Notes under the pieces: model-generated
Told to the model about the DNA's origin: nothing
The model's database searches: none
What the model saw: the letters and a program-made list of their open reading frames with translations, nothing else
Made by a program: the position numbers and the translations under genes
Virus record (IMG/VR): IMGVR_UViG_3300034122_002094
Reading direction: 5' to 3' (one strand)
From: a virus
DNA: 64,000 nt
Shown: positions 60,801 through 64,000 of the stretch, piece by piece
Layout: the number at the start of each line of letters is the position of its first letter
How positions within the stretch are numbered: the stretch's first letter is position 1

Positions 60801-63800
60801 CTTGATGAACTCCAGGAACTGGATCGCATACGGCGCGAGCTTGTCAAAGCCCTGACGGATCAGATCGAGGATGGCTTGACGCATCTGATTAAACTTGCGA
60901 TCAAGCGACTTTGTGACGAGCGAGGAGAGCTCGTCGTTCACGCCTGCCGACTCATCCTTGATGCGACGCAGCGCCTTCTGGACCTCTGGGAACTTCTGAG
61001 CGAGCGTCACGAAGCCACGAGCACCCTCGCGGTCGAAGATCTGGAAGACCTTGTTGAGCTCGCCAGCCGAGATGGCGCCCGTCGCGAGCTTCTTGTTCAT
61101 CTGCTCAAGGATCGACATGAACTGCTCAGCGAGCGGCATGTTTGGATCGATCTCGACGCCGAACATCTTCTTGAGCATCTCGCCCTTGCTGGAGAGCTGA
61201 GCGAAGATCGTCTGGAGGCCACGACCGGCCATACCGCTCTTGATCATGTTGTCGTTGAGGACAGCGAGGTACGTTCCCATCTCCTGGAACGTGAAGCCAG
61301 CAGCACGACCCGTACCGATCACGAACTTGTAGCCCTGGACCATCTCGTCCATCTCGGCCTGGTGATTACGGAATACGGCAACGAGCGTGTTGTTGATTGT
61401 CTCGAACTCCATGCCCTGCGCACCAGCATCAGCCATGTTCTTTTTGAACACGTTGTAGATACCGGCCACAGCTCGGGTGATCTGAGTCGTCTCAGCGTTC
61501 GTCGAGTTAATGGTCTTGAGCGTTGGGATAAGAGCGGACAGCGTCTCCTCAGTGGAGAGACCTGCCGAACCGAGCTCCTTGACGACGTCAGCGGCAGCCG
61601 CCAGAGGCAGACCGAAGCGGACAGCCGCCGAGCGGACAGCCTCGGTTGCAGCGACAGTGATCTCCTCAAAGCTCTTTGTGTCCGACTGGAGGACAGTGAA
61701 TGCTCGCGTCATATTGCGCGCCTCACTGATGACCTCTCGGAAGGCGATGCCTACCGATCCAAGCACAGCCGTCATGGCACCAGCGCCGATGGCGAAGTCG
61801 AGCTGCTGCTTGATACCCTCCACGAGCTGGAAGGCATAGTCCCTGAATGTCGTGCTGGTCGCGTTGACCACGAGGTCAGCGGTCTTCACAGACCCGGCCA
61901 TGTGGTTTGTCGTGGCGATCAGGCGCTCGGACTCAACCAGCGTGCGACGCAGCTCGTTGCGGTAGACCTGCTGCTCCTGCGTGAGCTCTCCCATGCTCAC
62001 CTCAAGAGCATCGAAGCTGCGCACGCCCTTGAGCGCTGCATTGTAGGCAGCCTGGAGCTCAGTCCTCAGAGACTTGAACTCGTTGGACGCCATCGCCAGG
62101 CGAGTCGTGTCCATCGAGCTGAGATCCTGGTTGATCTCAGCAAGCTGCTGGCGCATGGCGCCCGAGTCAAACGTCTGGGTGTTGAAGGCGGCCTGACGAC
62201 CACGATCAGCGAATCCAGCGTTGGTCTGCTGCTGCTGGAACTCAGGCGAGAAGCGCATGTCCGACAGCTTCTGAGCACGAGCCATGAAAGACGCAAGCGC
62301 CGCATCAGCGCGGTCGAGCTGCATCTGGAGCTGAGCTGTCTCCTCCGCGCCCGCGCCCATCGACTGCGCAAGGTTCAGACCAGCCTTGGCCTCGTTGCGG
62401 ATCTTGTTCAGGCTCTGGAAGAGCTGCTGAGCCTCCTGCACTGCATTCTTGGACTGCAACGACAGGATCTCAAGATCCTCGGGCGCAACCTTGGTCTTCG
62501 ACATGCGCTGGAAGCCAAGCTCAAGCAGGTCAATCTTCTGACGCGCCTGCTCGACCTGGTTCTCGATGTCGTTGTACCCCTCCGAGATCTTGATGTTGGC
62601 TGCGCTTGCAGATCTGGATACATCGGTGTTCTGCTGCTTGAGACGGCCAAGCAGATCCACCATGCCGTCAACGACCTTGACATCAGCCGAGCTCACAACA
62701 ACAGAGCCGTCAAGACCTCTGCGCTCTACGCGCTGAGACTCGACGACGCCCTTGATGGTGTCGTCATAATACTTGTTCTTGGCCTTGCGGGCCTCATCGG
62801 CAGCCTTAGCGATCAGGCGCAGACGCTGCTCCTCGCTCTCAGCGCCACGAGCGACCTCCGAGAAGATCGAGCTGCCGCCAGCGCGGGCGTTGGCCTCCTC
62901 TGTGTCGATGCCACCGATCTCACGGCGACGAGCGATCTCAAGACGCTTGACAAGCTGATCGCCCTGACGGACAAGGCCAGCCAGACGAGTGTCGAGGCTC
63001 TTGGCGATCTCCACCTGAGATGGATCGAGGATGAGGCCGTCCCAGCCCTGGACCTCTGCGATGGTGTCCTGAATCTCAAGGAAGGCAACACGGAAGCGCT
63101 CCGCGTCTCTGAGCGTCTTCTCAGTGATGCGAGCAGGCTCCTCCGTCACACGAGTCTTGGAGCGGATGTCAGCCAGTACAGCCGAGGTCTGCGTCGAGAT
63201 GCCACGCACATCGTTCTGACGAACACCAGCCTCCTCTCGCGCCTCCTTCACTCGGATGAGGTTGAAGAACAGCTCCTCCAGAGAAGCTGCGGCCTGCTCG
63301 GCCTGTGGCGCGATGGCGCTGATGCCCTGGGCAACGGCGACTCCTGCGCCAGACAGCAGGTCCTCGCGCGCGCTACCAGCACCAGCAAGAGCGCCAATGC
63401 GGCTCATCAGGGTAGAGATCGCCTGGATGACCTGCGAGGATGTCGCAGGATCCTGGATCGCCTCGTTGAGCTTTGTGACGAGCTCAGACTGGAACTGCGC
63501 GACCATCGAAGGTGGCAGGAACTGCGAGCGGTTGTTCTGAGAGAACAGGCGCTCGATCATCTGAGGGCCAATGATCCCAGACAGCGCCGGATCGGAGGCT
63601 GCCTCCTGGAGCTGTGCGATGAACGGAGCGAATGTCGCGCTGCCGCCCGAGCGCTGAGAGCGGCCATCAGCGGCCTGTGTCAGGGCGATGAACTCGCGCA
63701 GTCGCGGCATGACCTGAGCAAACTGTGTCGCAGTCTGCGTAGCGCGCTCACGGATCTGGCCCAGATAGCCAGTCTCAAGGTTCGAGGCGCGCTCCATAAC

Positions 63801-63998
63801 GACCTGCAACTCCTTGACAAGGTTCAGGTTCTTCTGGGCCTGTGTCTCATACTGGCGCTGAAGGCTCAACAGCTCCTTGAAGTTGCCAGTCGAGATGGCA
63901 GCGTTCAGGCTGTCGGAGGCCCCCACGAGGAGACCACGGTTCTGGGAGATGACAGAGTTGTATCTTGTGGAGACAGCATTGAGCTCCTTGGCAAGCGC
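54804..63998 (-). CDS. Tape measure protein (5'-truncated by the window edge, at least 3064 aa)
   Basis: Frame is open to the window end. Helical Ala-rich protein with a TP901-like core (LAVLNDNMIKSGMAGRGLQTIF) and hydrophobic periodic repeats near the C-terminus. Confidence 0.9.
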   Translation of the reverse strand, partial: ALAKELNAVSTRYNSVISQNRGLLVGASDSLNAAISTGNFKELLSLQRQYETQAQKNLNLVKELQVVMERASNLETGYLGQIRERATQTATQFAQVMPRLREFIALTQAADGRSQRSGGSATFAPFIAQLQEAASDPALSGIIGPQMIERLFSQNNRSQFLPPSMVAQFQSELVTKLNEAIQDPATSSQVIQAISTLMSRIGALAGAGSAREDLLSGAGVAVAQGISAIAPQAEQAAASLEELFFNLIRVKEAREEAGVRQNDVRGISTQTSAVLADIRSKTRVTEEPARITEKTLRDAERFRVAFLEIQDTIAEVQGWDGLILDPSQVEIAKSLDTRLAGLVRQGDQLVKRLEIARRREIGGIDTEEANARAGGSSIFSEVARGAESEEQRLRLIAKAADEARKAKNKYYDDTIKGVVESQRVERRGLDGSVVVSSADVKVVDGMVDLLGRLKQQNTDVSRSASAANIKISEGYNDIENQVEQARQKIDLLELGFQRMSKTKVAPEDLEILSLQSKNAVQEAQQLFQSLNKIRNEAKAGLNLAQSMGAGAEETAQLQMQLDRADAALASFMARAQKLSDMRFSPEFQQQQTNAGFADRGRQAAFNTQTFDSGAMRQQLAEINQDLSSMDTTRLAMASNEFKSLRTELQAAYNAALKGVRSFDALEVSMGELTQEQQVYRNELRRTLVESERLIATTNHMAGSVKTADLVVNATSTTFRDYAFQLVEGIKQQLDFAIGAGAMTAVLGSVGIAFREVISEARNMTRAFTVLQSDTKSFEEITVAATEAVRSAAVRFGLPLAAAADVVKELGSAGLSTEETLSALIPTLKTINSTNAETTQITRAVAGIYNVFKKNMADAGAQGMEFETINNTLVAVFRNHQAEMDEMVQGYKFVIGTGRAAGFTFQEMGTYLAVLNDNMIKSGMAGRGLQTIFAQLSSKGEMLKKMFGVEIDPNMPLAEQFMSILEQMNKKLATGAISAGELNKVFQIFDREGARGFVTLAQKFPEVQKALRRIKDESAGVNDELSSLVTKSLDRKFNQMRQAILDLIRQGFDKLAPYAIQFLEFIKGSAMAITQMNNATGGIIGKLAIFAFGVITLANTLRVLAAVVYGLGALQSRVLIQQTVGAIGAYAKFVIAIKTKTVAQQQEAYATAQAAAAQGALNTSVTAGLPSLAALGVVSVTNTVGFRAMGAAIWTNVKALYALMAPMLAIVAAGAVFYAFSTGAAEAASFVENLQGRIDDLNASLSKTSAKQSAMKGVGEAFDQFDKIANLGKTDPENFGAALRQQITKLGDEALTVSGITMMSNKEIGESYRLLAQQVRGYAKEREKALKIEQDEQRVAIVKGLALDLDLQFGGGKSIDDAITEAIMSHEDTFIGSLQTLAAASMSSDMWAGIRVPMRALQGLPDGLKDSIEKDIANIVDPSSMKGLFKKLDDELAVQTKKLADAQRQNEYDVVAGDSRGQMVNEKNMAEAVAAINDINKRREQMSAGIRSGDFSLIDDKSFKDQIITSTKRTEEFVSSVIKARSRLRTAFAVKPTDLEGLKKIDEKVFEMTRLTGKNLDWLKGRLDEFKVSIADIQEVGAQDAFAATFRSIDDLREQFGVPLDPKMFNSVMSNLRDINARVAVSKQNFAEFRRLGLQSLNQRKTGELSGRDFSERGFQPAAMPGGLKVDKAGTRRLIEDAVMVDKDLQKRFIESLGGADMEAAIESLFSAYDEKSGMATLSSEQFVKAIEVMSLSMMDASTSADGFTEAFDKTISSIMAITQNKILEDTAREFERFFMDIEQGAIRAVESNALMSKIYKRNEFAQQFDTTREKVREAIAAVEDLNAAQNGGAAASGGIGLSDQKRLAMAQSILKMERDKLVLQEKGFAEQAAQSSLSEEAQQQREEGNKQLDKQGQQFDFINQLAKVLFESQANRIRQNREIAAQIEKEKNAFNDAAFAAKQINTFQTDGLAILSSTAKRSRLIVEQKLREMKLDRELLGNGKESVAAYTQIINLQQTYLKDRIKLLDTYAEENEMLMETYGIAASMLAPKGFREVTLDILTLASKLPAINRIRQQINEVNKAYASGATTAFQMQSETIRLLNKEVKLLKDRADMLDKIKKKMAEAMFDDRRPEIGKDFIKAIQTVRAPLESFIKSAMGTDIARAPLKASLTLSKALGVSFGQVVGQTSEFADTLLDALRAGKVNIDALPEPIARAAREAKKLYDLEAERERVLLKLTQQRMDLNAARFNESIREGDYEGANKALADFDKDFVEMASRTNAAGLAALDTLRMQMDEQVRGLEKAAKNEMLISVGFRNMDVFKRDAALIRDELRSIMSILGPMMGDGNMDLAAALKGEGSFRLPQIEKDFEVNLDFLSNEITRLQNIVDSFAALQSQTTKSGRAAAKKNLAANLKTETGGYRSNPDVSDLRNSGVAAAAGAGASLGTFIGRAAELYEEQAVTMSSALKVAADYTLGKAEEAAKLAGDQAAARMLTRVIGVGIENTMERATSKAVADAAIGAQQSQVDREREAKLMEITYKNTPLAVREAFLKGVDEMMNTAMAEGSWKGLAAALVKRIPSMFASITTGLTPALEAIGNIEYAVSNAQSFEQLIEDIKTASQEFASSVQTANDGLARNENSYYDYINSIQDAERTRYEALMAAEKTYQDALMRTGQVFKDNFLGPAVENIGAGFSNALAGLQELEVFTAPLGALNTKNNLGTLFDGLTGGAQVGGSDMLDAGLGLVGAGGISLATTTISAIGTVFGMVFNSALTGQSEYLIDFIKKFASELPNTIKTVMKEVGPLFKEIFLILVDDVLPNVLTALVEVLPGLLSEVIVTVVQKFPEIISMMLGALFQLIRPLIGVVFEMAGALLPNLANLIAELTAVIPTLAVLMIVGLVENLPMLIARLIPAIIGAVIGIVPDLILRTIGGISKGLTGTDITKGFSVTKTITNALGGALGLDKFHEGGLVPGRGERPAMLLGGEAVLTREAVAMLGGVKAINNINGGQFIPDYQRAATSSTPMSAPSRVSAAPQTYNTNNQKTQTFNLTVNAASGTSRDETLRNSRLMVAELRKKMKQADKNRE

Positions 63999-64000
63999 GA

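Noticed and set aside
1-64000. Stop-codon reassignment
   Set aside because: Genes tile densely under the standard code, and TGA, TAA and TAG all act as stops.

Overview
This window is best read as part of a large, GC-rich tailed dsDNA phage genome, probably siphovirus-like. It has two convergent blocks meeting at a bidirectional terminator near 9.9 kb. The + strand block (1-9.86 kb) holds accessory genes: two LRR-like paralogues, a nuclease-less DUF262 protein coupled to a NADAR gene, and membrane or unknown proteins. The - strand block (64 kb to 9.93 kb) starts with a tape measure protein of more than 3000 aa that is cut by the window edge. Next come a ~480-bp non-coding dyad-symmetric repeat element and three giant tail-tip proteins. 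The replication/recombination module follows: SF2 helicase, DnaC-like loader, DnaB-like helicase, primase, DnaE with an HNH intein, UvsY-like, gp32-like SSB, Mre11/Rad50 and RuvC-like. Nucleotide genes in this stretch are a KhpA-MazG fusion, dcd and a class II RNR with a LAGLIDADG intein. The block ends with a Dam-like/kinase/phosphoesterase/SLOG cluster, tail-fibre genes including a PLA2-like ORF, and an endolysin. The most notable observations are the GTGTACCG quasi-palindromic element (54325-54807), the KH-MazG fusion, an apparently dead Dam homologue heading a nucleotide-handling operon, and the DUF262-NADAR pair. All calls are motif recognition by eye; no database search was run. No tRNA, rRNA, CRISPR array or integrase was seen.
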